Shown: positions 34,301-43,660, numbered from the stretch's first letter. The stretch: DNA of 63,559 nt from Candidatus Udaeobacter sp. (GCA_036522635.1 DATDFM010000071.1:1-63559), one strand, 5' to 3'. The notes: a model not told the origin generated them from the sequence alone. Numbers and translations: made by a program.

Positions 34301-34367
34301 TTGTAGAGGAAGCGCACCCCAGCGTGCGGCTTCATATCGTTCGGCGTTTAACACAAACGCCGCTACA
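34301..34367. repeat. GTAG...CTAC REPIN-like element between convergent genes
   Basis: TGTAG-AGGAAG-[CGCAC ccca GCGTGCG-type hairpin]...[GGCGTTT aacac AAACGCC]-G-CTACAA. The CTA at 34363-65 supplies the TAG stop of the minus-strand gene. Confidence 0.75.
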
Positions 34368-34827
34368 ACTTGAGGAAAGCAGCCAGCGTGCGCGACGCGT
34401 AATCGTACGATTCCGGCCATTCGCTTTGGCGTGGGCCGGCAACGTTAAGAACGCCAATCTTGTTCCTCCCCACAAAATCGGCGATCAACCTTGCTCCGTC
34501 TTGAGTCGCGACTCTTGACGCGTCGATCAGTTGGTAAGGCCGCTCGAGTTCAACACAGAAGCGAACTGTCTGCTCCGTGCCGCCGTGAAGTTGTGCCTGA
34601 TAAATGACTACAGTTCCATCAGAGTCTTTCACGTTCTCGAACGTGCGCTCGGCGAAGCCGCCGTCTGGTAATTCCTGGACCGGGTAGTGATCCGGAATTT
34701 TGCCGAACTCATCCAATCGTCCGGCTGGACACCATCCGCCGCAGTCAATCTCGTGCTCAAGTGCCACATCGAGCGCAGCGCGATCAACGCCTGTTTGCCC
34801 GCCTGAAATGATCTTGAGTCCCTTCAC
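34363..34827 (-). CDS. YpsA/SLOG-like 'putative molybdenum carrier' family protein
   Basis: 154 aa. IISGGQTGVDRAALDVALEHEIDCGGWCPAGR is the family N-terminal signature as I recall it. Confidence 0.65.
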   Translation of the reverse strand: MKGLKIISGGQTGVDRAALDVALEHEIDCGGWCPAGRLDEFGKIPDHYPVQELPDGGFAERTFENVKDSDGTVVIYQAQLHGGTEQTVRFCVELERPYQLIDASRVATQDGARLIADFVGRNKIGVLNVAGPRQSEWPESYDYASRTLAAFLKL

Positions 34828-34866
34828 GGTAGCGCCGGTCTCAGACCGCCGGGCCGTACCACGAGT

Positions 34867-35313
34867 CTAATCGCCAGTTGGAACAATGTCCGCACGCTCG
34901 ACCATTAGGATGACCGTCCGTTCCGGCGCGCGTGTTCGATGGCGCGCACCTTTCGGCACCACGAAGCCCTGTCGCGGCGTGAGATCGACGACGCGATCTT
35001 CGAGATCGATCAGAAAACGTCCTTCAAGCACAAAAAAAAATTCATCGATATCGTTGTGCTCATGCCAGTGATATTCGCCTTGGATCACCGCCATTCTGAC
35101 CACTGAATCATTCACTTTGCACAGCGTCTGGTTATACCATTTGTCGGTACAGGCGTCAGCGATCTTCTGCACGTCGATCACTTCAAGGGGTTCATGCAGG
35201 ATGTTGAGGTAGGTCTTGTACGGAAATTCGTGCGGCGGTTTCTTCGACTCCATAAATTCAAATTTGAATACAAAACAGCCTTGAGCAAAAGAGCGGAGGA
35301 CAGATTTACCCAA
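34867..35313 (-). CDS. Cupin domain protein
   Basis: 148-aa ORF (TTG at 35313; Met at 35253 is an alternative start). Cupin motifs GEYHWHEHNDIDEFFFVLEG and VPKGARHRTRA. Confidence 0.7.
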   Translation of the reverse strand: MGKSVLRSFAQGCFVFKFEFMESKKPPHEFPYKTYLNILHEPLEVIDVQKIADACTDKWYNQTLCKVNDSVVRMAVIQGEYHWHEHNDIDEFFFVLEGRFLIDLEDRVVDLTPRQGFVVPKGARHRTRAPERTVILMVERADIVPTGD

Positions 35314-35328
35314 GCATTCTCATCTTCC

Positions 35329-35414
35329 GTCATTCCAAGCGAAGTCGAGGAATCTCTGAGCTATTCCGAGTGGCGGAAAGATCAAGATGTGTCTCGACTG
35401 CATTCGACACGACA
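35329..35414. repeat. GTCATTCTGAGCG-type inverted-repeat element, copy b (86 nt, divergent)
   Basis: Left end GTCATTCCAAGCGAAGTCGAGGAATCTC, right end GTGTCTCGACTGCATTCGACACGACA. GTCGAG/CTCGAC pair. Confidence 0.65.
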
Positions 35415-35416
35415 AT

Positions 35417-35905
35417 TCATTCTTCGCCGTCGAAATAATCGGTCTCCTGTCCCTTAAGGACGACGCGATCCGCGGCTGACGACTTGTTCACCTTCCATTT
35501 ACCGCTGTCGGGATAATAACCCGATTCGCCGATCGGATTGTCGGCGATGACAAAGTAAATGAGGTCTTCCTCGCCGGAGTTTATAATCTGGTGCGGTTCG
35601 TCTGGACCGAAGATGAACGCATCGCCGGGTCCAACTTCCGTCTTTCCATCCTTATGGCGAACAGTGGCCTTTCCGGAAATCACCAAATACAATTCCCATT
35701 GCGCCGAGTGCGAGTGATAAGGGAAATTGGGTTTTCCTGCCGGCACCCGACTCCATTCCAAATCAAACGGATGCCGCTTCGATAGGTCGAGCGAGGTCGG
35801 CTCGCGGCCAAGTGCTTCCGAAATTCCTTTGAAAGAGACCACGTACTTTCCGCCAGGCGATCGCCACGGCTCTTCTTTGATTTCGGTAAGGTTAACCTTG
35901 CGCAT
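35417..35905 (-). CDS. Cupin domain protein (paralogue 1 of a tandem pair)
   Basis: 162 aa. PYHSHSAQWELYLVISG...PHQIIN cupin motifs. C-terminal tail TDYFDGEE is shared with the next gene. Confidence 0.75.
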   Translation of the reverse strand: MRKVNLTEIKEEPWRSPGGKYVVSFKGISEALGREPTSLDLSKRHPFDLEWSRVPAGKPNFPYHSHSAQWELYLVISGKATVRHKDGKTEVGPGDAFIFGPDEPHQIINSGEEDLIYFVIADNPIGESGYYPDSGKWKVNKSSAADRVVLKGQETDYFDGEE

Positions 35906-35920
35906 ACGAAAACTGTTGGG

Positions 35921-35947
35921 CTGGCGTCTGACACAAACGTCCTACAA
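35921..35947. repeat. Partial GTAG/CTAC-family arm
   Basis: CTGGCGTCTGACACAAACGTCCTACAA. Resembles the right arm of 57702-57760 (GGCGTCTGACAGAGGTTCTACAA) and of 34337-34367. Confidence 0.45.
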
Positions 35948-35954
35948 CTTGAAA

Positions 35955-36455
35955 TCATTCTTCGCCATCGAAATAATCAGTGTCCTTTCCTTTGACGATC
36001 AGTTCTTCCTGCCCATCGGTGGTGACCGCCCATTTGCCGCTGTCGGGGTAATAACAGGAGTCTCCCGTTGCGCCGCCGCTCCGCGGATTGTCGGCAATCA
36101 CGTAATAAACGAAATCTTCATCGCCTGCGTTGGTAAGCTGATGCGCCTCGCCTGGCTGAAACAGGAACGCGTCGTTAGGTCCAACTTCAGTTATTCCGTT
36201 CTTGTCGCGCACATTGCCGCGACCGGAAACAACGAGATAAAGCTCCGTTTCAGCCGCGTGCGCATGATAAGGACAAAGCGATTTGCCTTTCGGAATTCGC
36301 ACTAACGCGAGATCAAATGGATGCCGCTTCGAAAGATCGAGCGACTGCGGTTCGCGCCCAAGCGCAACGGAAATGTTCCTGGCAATGCGTCCAAACTTTC
36401 CTTTTGGCGATTTTCGCTCCTGATCGGGAACGTCTTTAAGGTTTACTTTCCGCAT
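35955..36455 (-). CDS. Cupin domain protein (paralogue 2 of a tandem pair)
   Basis: Start taken at MRKVNLKDVPDQ (36455); the ORF is open to 36494. PYHAHAAETELYLVVSG...AHQLTN. Same ...TDYFDGEE C-terminus. Confidence 0.75.
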   Translation of the reverse strand: MRKVNLKDVPDQERKSPKGKFGRIARNISVALGREPQSLDLSKRHPFDLALVRIPKGKSLCPYHAHAAETELYLVVSGRGNVRDKNGITEVGPNDAFLFQPGEAHQLTNAGDEDFVYYVIADNPRSGGATGDSCYYPDSGKWAVTTDGQEELIVKGKDTDYFDGEE

Positions 36456-36496
36456 ATCGGCAACCTTCGCATCACAAAAGCAAACGATATCCAATC

Positions 36497-36625
36497 GTTA
36501 TTCTGAGCGAAACGAAGAATCTCGGATCCGTTTTTGACCAATCCAGTGACGGAAACAGACCAGAGATTTTTGAAAGCCTGGCCTCATGCTTTGTATTTCT
36601 TTGCCGCGTTTCGCTCAACATGACA
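36497..36625. repeat. GTCATTCTGAGCG-type inverted-repeat element, copy c (129 nt)
   Basis: Left end GTTATTCTGAGCGAAACGAAGAATCTC, right end GCGTTTCGCTCAACATGACA. GAGCGAAACG/CGTTTCGCTC pair. Confidence 0.75.
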
Positions 36626-36645
36626 AAACAGTAGCGATGTCGGCC

Positions 36646-36900
36646 CTAACGAGACGAAACTCGTTTGTTAGTGGCGATTGTGAAAATGGCAATCGCTGTC
36701 CAAATGACGTTCACAAACGTGGAGGGATAAGCTCCATAAAAAATTGTGTTTGCCGCCAGGAGAACGCTGCCGCCGATGTTCAGCAGCTGAAAGACAGAGG
36801 AATGTCCTTCCCATTTCCTGGAGGAGACCATCGCATATGCCACAAGCAGAGCAGCCGCACCTACCCATCCAATCGCATCAAACCATAAGTGGTTGTTCAT
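36646..36900 (-). CDS. Small 3-TM membrane protein (resembles the CBU_0592-type family)
   Basis: 84 aa. FDAIGWVGAAALLVAYAMVS...FQLLNIGGSVLLAANTIFYG...VNVIWTAIAIFTI. Confidence 0.55.
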   Translation of the reverse strand: MNNHLWFDAIGWVGAAALLVAYAMVSSRKWEGHSSVFQLLNIGGSVLLAANTIFYGAYPSTFVNVIWTAIAIFTIATNKRVSSR

Positions 36901-36930
36901 TTATCATTGGTCGTTTTGGCACCGATCCAG

Positions 36931-37848
36931 TCATGTGTCCCATTTTTTTGGGAGCTTTTGTTTCAGTGTCTCCACCGGCTCGAACAGGTCGCCCTGTTTT
37001 TCCACACGCGCGAGGGTTTGGTCCGACCGAAATTTCAAGAGCTCGGCCTTTTTCTTTTTCAAACAGGTCTCGACCTCATTCCAGGTGACCGGAGTGGAAA
37101 CAGTGGGCTGTTCTTTAGCGCGCAACGAATAAACGCAAATAGTGGTTTTGTGTTCATCGTTCTGGCTCCAATCGACGAACACTTTTCCTTTACGCATCGC
37201 TTTGGACATGTTCGATGTGACACGATCAGGATGGTCATGTTCCAAACCTTGAGCTAAAGAACGCGACAGCCCTTTGGTTTGATCGTAGGTCACAGCCGTG
37301 TTCAGCGGCACATAGACTTGTAAACCTTTTGAGCCGCTCGTTTTCGCGAACGCTTTCAATTTCATTTTGTCCAGCAGCTCGCGCAGCCAGACGCCGACCT
37401 GGCAGCATTGAACCATGTCGGCTGGAGCACCCGGGTCGAGGTCGAACACCATCATGGTCGGACGTTCGATGTTGTTTTTACGCGATAGCGAAGTGTGCAG
37501 CTCGAGATCGGCGAGATTCGCTGCCCAGACGAGCGTGGGCAGATCGTTGGCGAGACAATAATGCATGATCCGCTGGTTGCCCTCGCTCCAGACTTTTGCC
37601 GTTCGCACCCATTTTGGCCGATGCACGGGGCAGTTCTTCTCGTAGAAAAACTGACCTTCCACGCCATCGGGATAGCGTTTCATTGTGAGGGGGCGATCTT
37701 TTAAGTGCGGTAAAAGAACTGGCGCGATCCGGATGTAATAATCAATCACTTGCGCCTTGGTGAAACCCGCCTTCGGATAAAGAACCTTGTCCAGGTTCGA
37801 TACCTGAAGCTTCCGATCGTCTACGATGAGTTCCGCCTTCTTGGACAT
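36931..37848 (-). CDS. Stand-alone NHEJ polymerase/primase domain protein (LigD Pol domain)
   Basis: 305 aa. LQVSNLDKVLYPKAGFTKAQVIDYYIRIAPVLLPHLKDRPLTMKRYPDGV and SGSKGLQVYVPL are typical of the LigD primase-polymerase domain. Confidence 0.85.
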   Translation of the reverse strand: MSKKAELIVDDRKLQVSNLDKVLYPKAGFTKAQVIDYYIRIAPVLLPHLKDRPLTMKRYPDGVEGQFFYEKNCPVHRPKWVRTAKVWSEGNQRIMHYCLANDLPTLVWAANLADLELHTSLSRKNNIERPTMMVFDLDPGAPADMVQCCQVGVWLRELLDKMKLKAFAKTSGSKGLQVYVPLNTAVTYDQTKGLSRSLAQGLEHDHPDRVTSNMSKAMRKGKVFVDWSQNDEHKTTICVYSLRAKEQPTVSTPVTWNEVETCLKKKKAELLKFRSDQTLARVEKQGDLFEPVETLKQKLPKKWDT

Positions 37849-37940
37849 CGATCTAACCCTCGCACAACGCCCACAAGGGACGCAAAGGTTCTAATTTTCT
37901 GTTATTGTTGCTGGGGTTATGCTCGTCTTGCGAGCTCTGA

Positions 37941-39128
37941 TCAAGCGAAGAAGCGCTCGGGCGGGAGCACCGGTTTAGGCTTACAAATTCGGGCGACGCA
38001 GTGTTGCCAGCTTTCGTGGCCGCTCAAAATGTCGATTTCTACCCGCAGAAAATAAATTGGCACTTTCAGATCCGCATCGGGGAGACGGGGCATTCGCACC
38101 GAGTCTTTTTCTGTCGTGACGATCATCGCCAAGTCTCTGCGAATACAACGATTGATGAAGCTGATCAGTTCCGCTTCGGTAAAATAATGATGATCGATAT
38201 AGCGCTTTGCCAGATCGACATGCGCACCAAGCTTGGTAAGCGCGCCCTCAAAACTTTCAGGGGCAGCAATCGCGCACAGCGAACCGATGAACGCGTCACG
38301 CAAGTCCTCCAGCGGCAATTGTTCGCCGGTAAAAACGTTCTGCAGGTAAAGCGGTTTGTGAGCGCATTCGATAACTTCCGCGGTCCGATTGTATTGACGG
38401 ATTCGTCGCATCAGCTCGAAATTCGGTTCACCGGTATTCTTGGTAATAAAGATATAACTGGCACGGCGAAGATTACGCGGTCTTTCACGCAAAGTGCCCC
38501 GGGGTAACATGAATTCGTTCCCGAAAGGTGCTTGTCGATCCACAAGCACCATGTCCAGGCGATGCTTCAGATGGAGATATTGAAATCCGTCGTCGAGAAG
38601 AAGTGTGTCGACGTGCCATTTATCGATGGCGAATCGGCCGCTTTTCACCCGGTCCTTATCCACCAGCACGATTACATCTTTCAAGTTGTGAGCGAGCATG
38701 TACGGTTCGTCGCCGGCAGTAAGTGAGTCGAGTAATAAGGATTTTCCATCAGAAACAACCCGTGGAGGCTCGGAATCTGCACTGAGCCACGTGCGCCACC
38801 CACGCTTGCGCGGGACGCTCTTGTAACCGCGGCTCAGAATTGCTACTCGCCGGCCTCCGGCCTGCAAAGCGCGGGCAAACTTTTCAACAATCGGCGTTTT
38901 ACCTGTTCCACCGACGGTAAGATTGCCGATGCTGATTACCAGGCATCCCAGCGTGCGTTCCCGGAGAACTCGTTTGCGATAGAGATAAAGTCGAAGTTGG
39001 ACCAACTTGTCGTAGACGAACGAGAGCGCATGAAGAATTCCGCGCAGGAGCGACGCGCGAGCGCCATGGCGCCGTTCGAGCACGACGTCGATTCCGAATT
39101 CTTCTAGTTGTTCAAGTCGGCGGCCCAT
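37941..39128 (-). CDS. lpxK: Tetraacyldisaccharide 4'-kinase
   Basis: P-loop [15 protein letters not shown]. Start taken at MGRRLEQ (39128), which removes the 47-nt overlap with thrB that the longest ORF (to 39191) would create. Confidence 0.88.
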   Translation of the reverse strand: MGRRLEQLEEFGIDVVLERRHGARASLLRGILHALSFVYDKLVQLRLYLYRKRVLRERTLGCLVISIGNLTVGGTGKTPIVEKFARALQAGGRRVAILSRGYKSVPRKRGWRTWLSADSEPPRVVSDGKSLLLDSLTAGDEPYMLAHNLKDVIVLVDKDRVKSGRFAIDKWHVDTLLLDDGFQYLHLKHRLDMVLVDRQAPFGNEFMLPRGTLRERPRNLRRASYIFITKNTGEPNFELMRRIRQYNRTAEVIECAHKPLYLQNVFTGEQLPLEDLRDAFIGSLCAIAAPESFEGALTKLGAHVDLAKRYIDHHYFTEAELISFINRCIRRDLAMIVTTEKDSVRMPRLPDADLKVPIYFLRVEIDILSGHESWQHCVARICKPKPVLPPERFFA

Positions 39129-39144
39129 GAAGAAATCTTGATCA

Positions 39145-40050
39145 CTATTTGGTGATTGGTGATCGGTGACTGCATACCTCCGCGCCATCATTATCGGCGT
39201 GGGTGATTATCGCGCGTGCCGGCGCTCTCGCGGCACGAAGCATGGCGGCGGCAACTTTTGTCGGCGCGTCCAGTGCGACAGCCGCTATCGTAGATCCGCT
39301 TCCGCTAAGAAACGCACCGAGCGCGCCGGCTCGCTCTGCGGCCGCGATCACGCGCGGAAGAAACTTGATCAGTTTGGCGCGGAACGGCTGGTGAAGGTTG
39401 TCGGAAAACACTCCGCGCATTGTTTCGTAATCCTGCGACGCAAACGCTGCAGTAATTGCACACGCGTTGGCACAGTTTTCGACGGCAGCAACGCGCGAGA
39501 TTTTTGAGGGCAGGATTCTCCGCGCGCGCGTGGTTTCGATTTCGAGCTCCGGGACCAGAAGAACTAAGAACAGGCGCGACTCAACATCGAAGCGCTGCAC
39601 AGTGACGCAAACACTTCGCTTTCTCGGCGCAGGCAAGGCGTTCCTACTATTCTGTACAACAGTGAAGCCGCCAAAGCTGGCCGGTGCAGAGTTATCAGGA
39701 TGTCCTTCCAATTCGGCACATAATCTAAACAGGGTGAGTCGATCCAGTGGATCGCCGGTGAGCCGGTTCAGCCCAAGCATCACGCCGAGACGAACCGTTG
39801 CACTACTGCCGAGGCCGCGACACCGTGGAATCTGTTCCGCAATTGAATACGAAAACGAGAATGCACGCCGCCGCGCCTGCTTGAAAAATCGTTCCGCCGC
39901 ATCAGACACAATTTGTGGATGAGAAGTTCCAGGCGTGTTGCCGCGAATAAGCGAAACGGAGTTATAGAGACGCAGCGCCAGGCCCAGACAATCGTAGCCA
40001 GGACCGAGATTGGAAGTGCTCGCTGGAATACGAACAGTGATCTTTTGCAT
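39145..40050 (-). CDS. thrB: Homoserine kinase (GHMP kinase family)
   Basis: 301 aa. N-terminus IPASTSNLGPGYDCLGLAL and GHMP motif PRCRGLGSSATV. Confidence 0.88.
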   Translation of the reverse strand: MQKITVRIPASTSNLGPGYDCLGLALRLYNSVSLIRGNTPGTSHPQIVSDAAERFFKQARRRAFSFSYSIAEQIPRCRGLGSSATVRLGVMLGLNRLTGDPLDRLTLFRLCAELEGHPDNSAPASFGGFTVVQNSRNALPAPRKRSVCVTVQRFDVESRLFLVLLVPELEIETTRARRILPSKISRVAAVENCANACAITAAFASQDYETMRGVFSDNLHQPFRAKLIKFLPRVIAAAERAGALGAFLSGSGSTIAAVALDAPTKVAAAMLRAARAPARAIITHADNDGAEVCSHRSPITK

Positions 40051-40086
40051 AGTAAACAGTCGCCTTGTCTGACCCAGTCACGGTCC

Positions 40087-40163
40087 CTGTAGCCACGGCC
40101 CTGTGGGCCGTTTTCCAACAATGCCTGCTAGTGGAAGTACCGGCCACAGGCCGGTCGCTACAG
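40087..40163. repeat. GTAG...CTAC REPIN-like structured element (77 nt)
   Basis: CTGTAGC (40087-93) pairs with GCTACAG (40157-63). Internal hairpins: ACGGCCC-tgt-GGGCCGT, TTCCA-14 nt-TGGAA, CCGGCC-aca-GGCCGG. Same heads as 3374-3455 (CTGTAGCCAC... / ...GCTACAGCCC). Confidence 0.7.
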
Positions 40164-40255
40164 CCCGATTGTAGCAATACGCGCATGAGCGGCAACCCAT
40201 CCATTGCGCCATACTGATTTCGAACTATCCCCTTGGAGCGCAGAAACAAACGATT

Positions 40256-41161
40256 ATGGGATGGGTTGATCCAAGCTTGCTCCGCGATTTCCAGTCGGAA
40301 GGCACTGATTCGCACAGGCTTTGCACAATTGACGATGGCTGGGTCGAACGATTCGGCAGCGACATTCTGATCTCCTTCAAAAAAGTGTTTGCCCGCGAAC
40401 GGCTGCTGGAAGAGCTGCAAACCTGGGCCGACTCCGTCGGCTTGTCGGTCCGACGCGTTTTCGCCCGATTCATTCCGACGAAAAGCGAACATCGCGAATC
40501 ACCAACTCTGGTCGTGGGCGATCCGAGCGAAAGTTTGCAGAGCGTCGCAACCGAATGGTGTCTAAGGTTTGGAATAGACTTCGCGACGGGCTATTCGCCG
40601 GGTCTGTTTCTGGACCAGCGAGAAAATCGCCGATATGTCCGTCATATCGCGCCTGGCCGACTGCTAAACTGCTTTGCTTATACTTGTTCCTTTTCGGTGT
40701 ACGCGGCATGTAGCGGAGCGAGCACTCTCAACATCGACTTGTCCAAAAAATATCTCGGCCGTGGACGTGAGAATTTTGCGCTGAACAACCTGTCAACAAT
40801 CGATCATCGTTTTATCGCGGACGATGTCCGATCCGTGCTGCCGCGGCTCGCCCGGAGAGGCGAAAAATTTGATGCCATCGTTCTCGATCCGCCGACTTTT
40901 TCGCGTTCTTCCGAAGGAAAAACGTTCCGGGTCCAGCATGATTTCGAAGCGTTGCTCATTAGCGCCCTCGCAGTCGCAGAACGTGACGCCCACGTTATGA
41001 TCTCGACAAACTGTTCTGCCTTAGGCGAACGCGCACTGGAAGTGATGGCCCGCTATTGCCTGAAAAAAACTGGTCGAGCTGCCACGTTTCATCGATCGCT
41101 GCCGTTGCCTGATTTTCCACCGCGCACCGGCGCAAGCTCAATCTGGCTTGCATTGCGGTGA
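40256..41161 (+). CDS. Class I SAM-dependent methyltransferase (RlmI/RlmK-like rRNA methyltransferase family)
   Basis: 301 aa. LLNCFAYTCSFSVYAA (SAM-binding strand) and AIVLDPPTFSRS (DPPxF catalytic motif). Confidence 0.8.
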   Translation: MGWVDPSLLRDFQSEGTDSHRLCTIDDGWVERFGSDILISFKKVFARERLLEELQTWADSVGLSVRRVFARFIPTKSEHRESPTLVVGDPSESLQSVATEWCLRFGIDFATGYSPGLFLDQRENRRYVRHIAPGRLLNCFAYTCSFSVYAACSGASTLNIDLSKKYLGRGRENFALNNLSTIDHRFIADDVRSVLPRLARRGEKFDAIVLDPPTFSRSSEGKTFRVQHDFEALLISALAVAERDAHVMISTNCSALGERALEVMARYCLKKTGRAATFHRSLPLPDFPPRTGASSIWLALR

Positions 41162-41190
41162 CAGTTCCATGCGCGCAGGAAGGGTTCAAA

Positions 41191-41508
41191 ATGCGAATCA
41201 TTAACGTGATGGATCAGTTATCTCCTGAAATGGTTGCTGAGTTTCCCGAACGCGGAATGCAATGGGTGAAAGACCGAGTCGAGACTGTTGTCAACGAAAC
41301 CGGTGAGTATGTGCGTGAAAAGCCGACGCAATCTCTCTTCTATGCGTTTGCGGCCGGATACGTCTTAAATCGTCTGCCATTAGGGCGAGTGGTTGCCGGA
41401 TTTCTTCGTCTCCTCTTTATGGCGCTAAAACCCGCGATCCTGATTTACGGCGCTGCCAAGTTGTACCGATCAGCGCAGGAAAAAGAAGAGTCGCAGAGCC
41501 GAAGCTAA
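41191..41508 (+). CDS. Hypothetical small membrane-anchored protein
   Basis: Start at MRIINVMDQ, preceded by AGGAAGG. One C-terminal hydrophobic stretch. No family recognised. Confidence 0.5.
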   Translation: MRIINVMDQLSPEMVAEFPERGMQWVKDRVETVVNETGEYVREKPTQSLFYAFAAGYVLNRLPLGRVVAGFLRLLFMALKPAILIYGAAKLYRSAQEKEESQSRS

Positions 41509-41531
41509 AACGATTAGGCGAGCGCTGAATA

Positions 41532-41741
41532 TTACTCTTCCAGCGTAAAGCCGATCTTTAACGTCACCTGCCAGTGTTCGATTTTGCCGTCATCGATATA
41601 GCCGCGGGTCTCGGCGACCTCAAACCACCGCATGTTACGAATCGTTTTGCTCGCGCGCGACAGCGCATTATGGACCGCTTCCTCCATTCCGTTTGGCGAG
41701 GAGCCGACGATTTCAATTTTTTTGTAAACATGTTCAGCCAT
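41532..41741 (-). CDS. Dodecin family flavin-binding protein
   Basis: 69 aa from [69 protein letters not shown], the typical dodecin sequence pattern. The longer ORF (to 41846) is probably an artefact. Confidence 0.8.
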   Translation of the reverse strand: MAEHVYKKIEIVGSSPNGMEEAVHNALSRASKTIRNMRWFEVAETRGYIDDGKIEHWQVTLKIGFTLEE

Positions 41742-41870
41742 GCACGCATTGTCTGTCGCGCTCCCGGGTAAAACAACAAAAACCGCTTGCGGTGGCGGCA
41801 AGGCGGCGCCGCCGGTCATCCCACGGGAATTTGCTTTACAAACCAACGCTCGTTCCGGCAGCCTCGCAAT

Positions 41871-42389
41871 GTGCGGACTCCCCTTGCAGTCTGGGCCTTA
41901 ATAACAGCTGGTTTGTGCTGCGTACACGCTCAGGACCAGGAGAAAAAACTGATGGATCGGCTTCTCAAGCCAGACATGACGCTGCAGAACGATGCGCAAA
42001 ACAAGAAGTTTGTCGGAGATGGATCGGCATCCGTTAATAAGCGCGCACACGTTGCGGCTTTCTTTGTCCACCAGAAACCCAGTTCGAAAAGCTTCTCGGG
42101 AACACGAGACTTCTCGACAACGCAATTTTATTCTCAGACCTACCACGGCAAAAGGACCGCTTACGAAGTTTCGTCACAGCAAACGCTTGCGAATTCAAAG
42201 GCGACTTATGCAAGTCAAACCGCCCGCGGTGTTCATGACGCCTCTCAGTCAGGAAAAAAGGTCGGCTCACATGCGTATGGAGGTAACCGGCCGTTTCTCG
42301 GCCAGGGCACAAATCAGAAGTCACTCAACAAAAAGAACGAGCCGCTCACGATCGAGCAGGTGCGCGAGTTGCTGAACAAAAACAAGTAG
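41871..42389 (+). CDS. Hypothetical secreted basic protein
   Basis: GTG start proposed at [21 protein letters not shown] (signal peptide). The ORF is open from 41787. No family recognised. Confidence 0.45.
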   Translation: MRTPLAVWALITAGLCCVHAQDQEKKLMDRLLKPDMTLQNDAQNKKFVGDGSASVNKRAHVAAFFVHQKPSSKSFSGTRDFSTTQFYSQTYHGKRTAYEVSSQQTLANSKATYASQTARGVHDASQSGKKVGSHAYGGNRPFLGQGTNQKSLNKKNEPLTIEQVRELLNKNK

Positions 42390-42432
42390 CGCTCGTCGGG
42401 GCGAGGCGCGTGCGTTATTCTCTGACCGGATT

Positions 42433-43608
42433 ATGCAGCCGGACGAAGCTCTTGCCTTATTAAAACGAGGCTCCGCGCAAATCATCAATGAAAGCGAACT
42501 GCGCGAGAAGCTCACGCTGGGCCGACCGCTGCGCATCAAACTGGGAGTGGACCCGACGACATCCGATATTCACCTTGGCCACACGATTGTCTTGCAAAAA
42601 CTGAGGCAGTTTCAGGACCTCGGCCACCAGGCAGTTCTCATCATCGGCGATTTTACCGGGATGATTGGCGATCCGAGCGGTCGATCCGCTACACGGCCGC
42701 ATCTGACCCATAAGGAAGTGATCGCGAATGCGGCGACTTATCGCGAGCAGGCGTTCAAGATTCTTGATCCCGAGCGCACCGAGACGGTCTGTAACGGCGA
42801 CTGGTTTCGCGTTATGTCGTTCGAGGACGTTATTCGCCTGAACAGCCGCGTGACGCTGCAGCAAATGCTGCAACGAGAAGATTTCAAAACGCGAATCGAA
42901 CAACAGCAGCCGATCCGCGCCCACGAGGTTCAATACCCGATTATGCAAGGGTGGGATTCGGTGATGGTGAAAGCCGATGTGGAGCTCGGAGGAACTGATC
43001 AACTCTTCAACATCCTGATCGGGCGTGATTTCCAACGAGAAGAGGCAATGCCACAGCAGGTCGTCTTTTTGCTCCCGATTCTCGAAGGCTTGAATGGCTC
43101 TAAAAAGATGAGCAAAAGTCTGGGCAACTACGTCGGGATCAACGAGTCCCCGTCAGAAATGTTGGGGAAACTGATGAGTATCTCCGACGAGTTGATGCAG
43201 CGGTACTACGATTTGCTCCTGCAACGTGCAGCGCCGAGCGACCTGCATCCCCTGGAAGCAAAGAAGCAGCTCGCCTTCGAAATCGTGAAGATGTACCACT
43301 CCGCGGACGCCGCGAAAAAAGCACTGGATGAGTGGAATACGCGCTTCAGCAAACGTGACTTGTCGCGCGCAGATCTGCCAGCCTACTCACCGGCTAAAGG
43401 TGAAGACCTAACAGCCGTCGTTCTCGTTTCCGACATATATCGGGACGTCTTTCAACTGGAGAAGTCGCGTAGCGAAGTCTCGCGACTGCTTAGACAGGGA
43501 AGCGTGGAAATCGATGACAAAAAGCTCACCAATCCCAGCGCAAAAGTCACCCTTCACCCGGGCCAAATCCTTCGCCTAGACCGTAAACATGCCGTTCGGA
43601 TAGGGTAG
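42433..43608 (+). CDS. tyrS: Tyrosine--tRNA ligase
   Basis: 391 aa. HIGH-type motif TSDIHLGH, the KMSKS motif, and a C-terminal S4-like domain. Confidence 0.93.
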   Translation: MQPDEALALLKRGSAQIINESELREKLTLGRPLRIKLGVDPTTSDIHLGHTIVLQKLRQFQDLGHQAVLIIGDFTGMIGDPSGRSATRPHLTHKEVIANAATYREQAFKILDPERTETVCNGDWFRVMSFEDVIRLNSRVTLQQMLQREDFKTRIEQQQPIRAHEVQYPIMQGWDSVMVKADVELGGTDQLFNILIGRDFQREEAMPQQVVFLLPILEGLNGSKKMSKSLGNYVGINESPSEMLGKLMSISDELMQRYYDLLLQRAAPSDLHPLEAKKQLAFEIVKMYHSADAAKKALDEWNTRFSKRDLSRADLPAYSPAKGEDLTAVVLVSDIYRDVFQLEKSRSEVSRLLRQGSVEIDDKKLTNPSAKVTLHPGQILRLDRKHAVRIG

Positions 43609-43660
43609 CCCGGGTGACCCAAATTCCCGATTAATCTGTTCAGTAGTGAATGCCTCGTGG

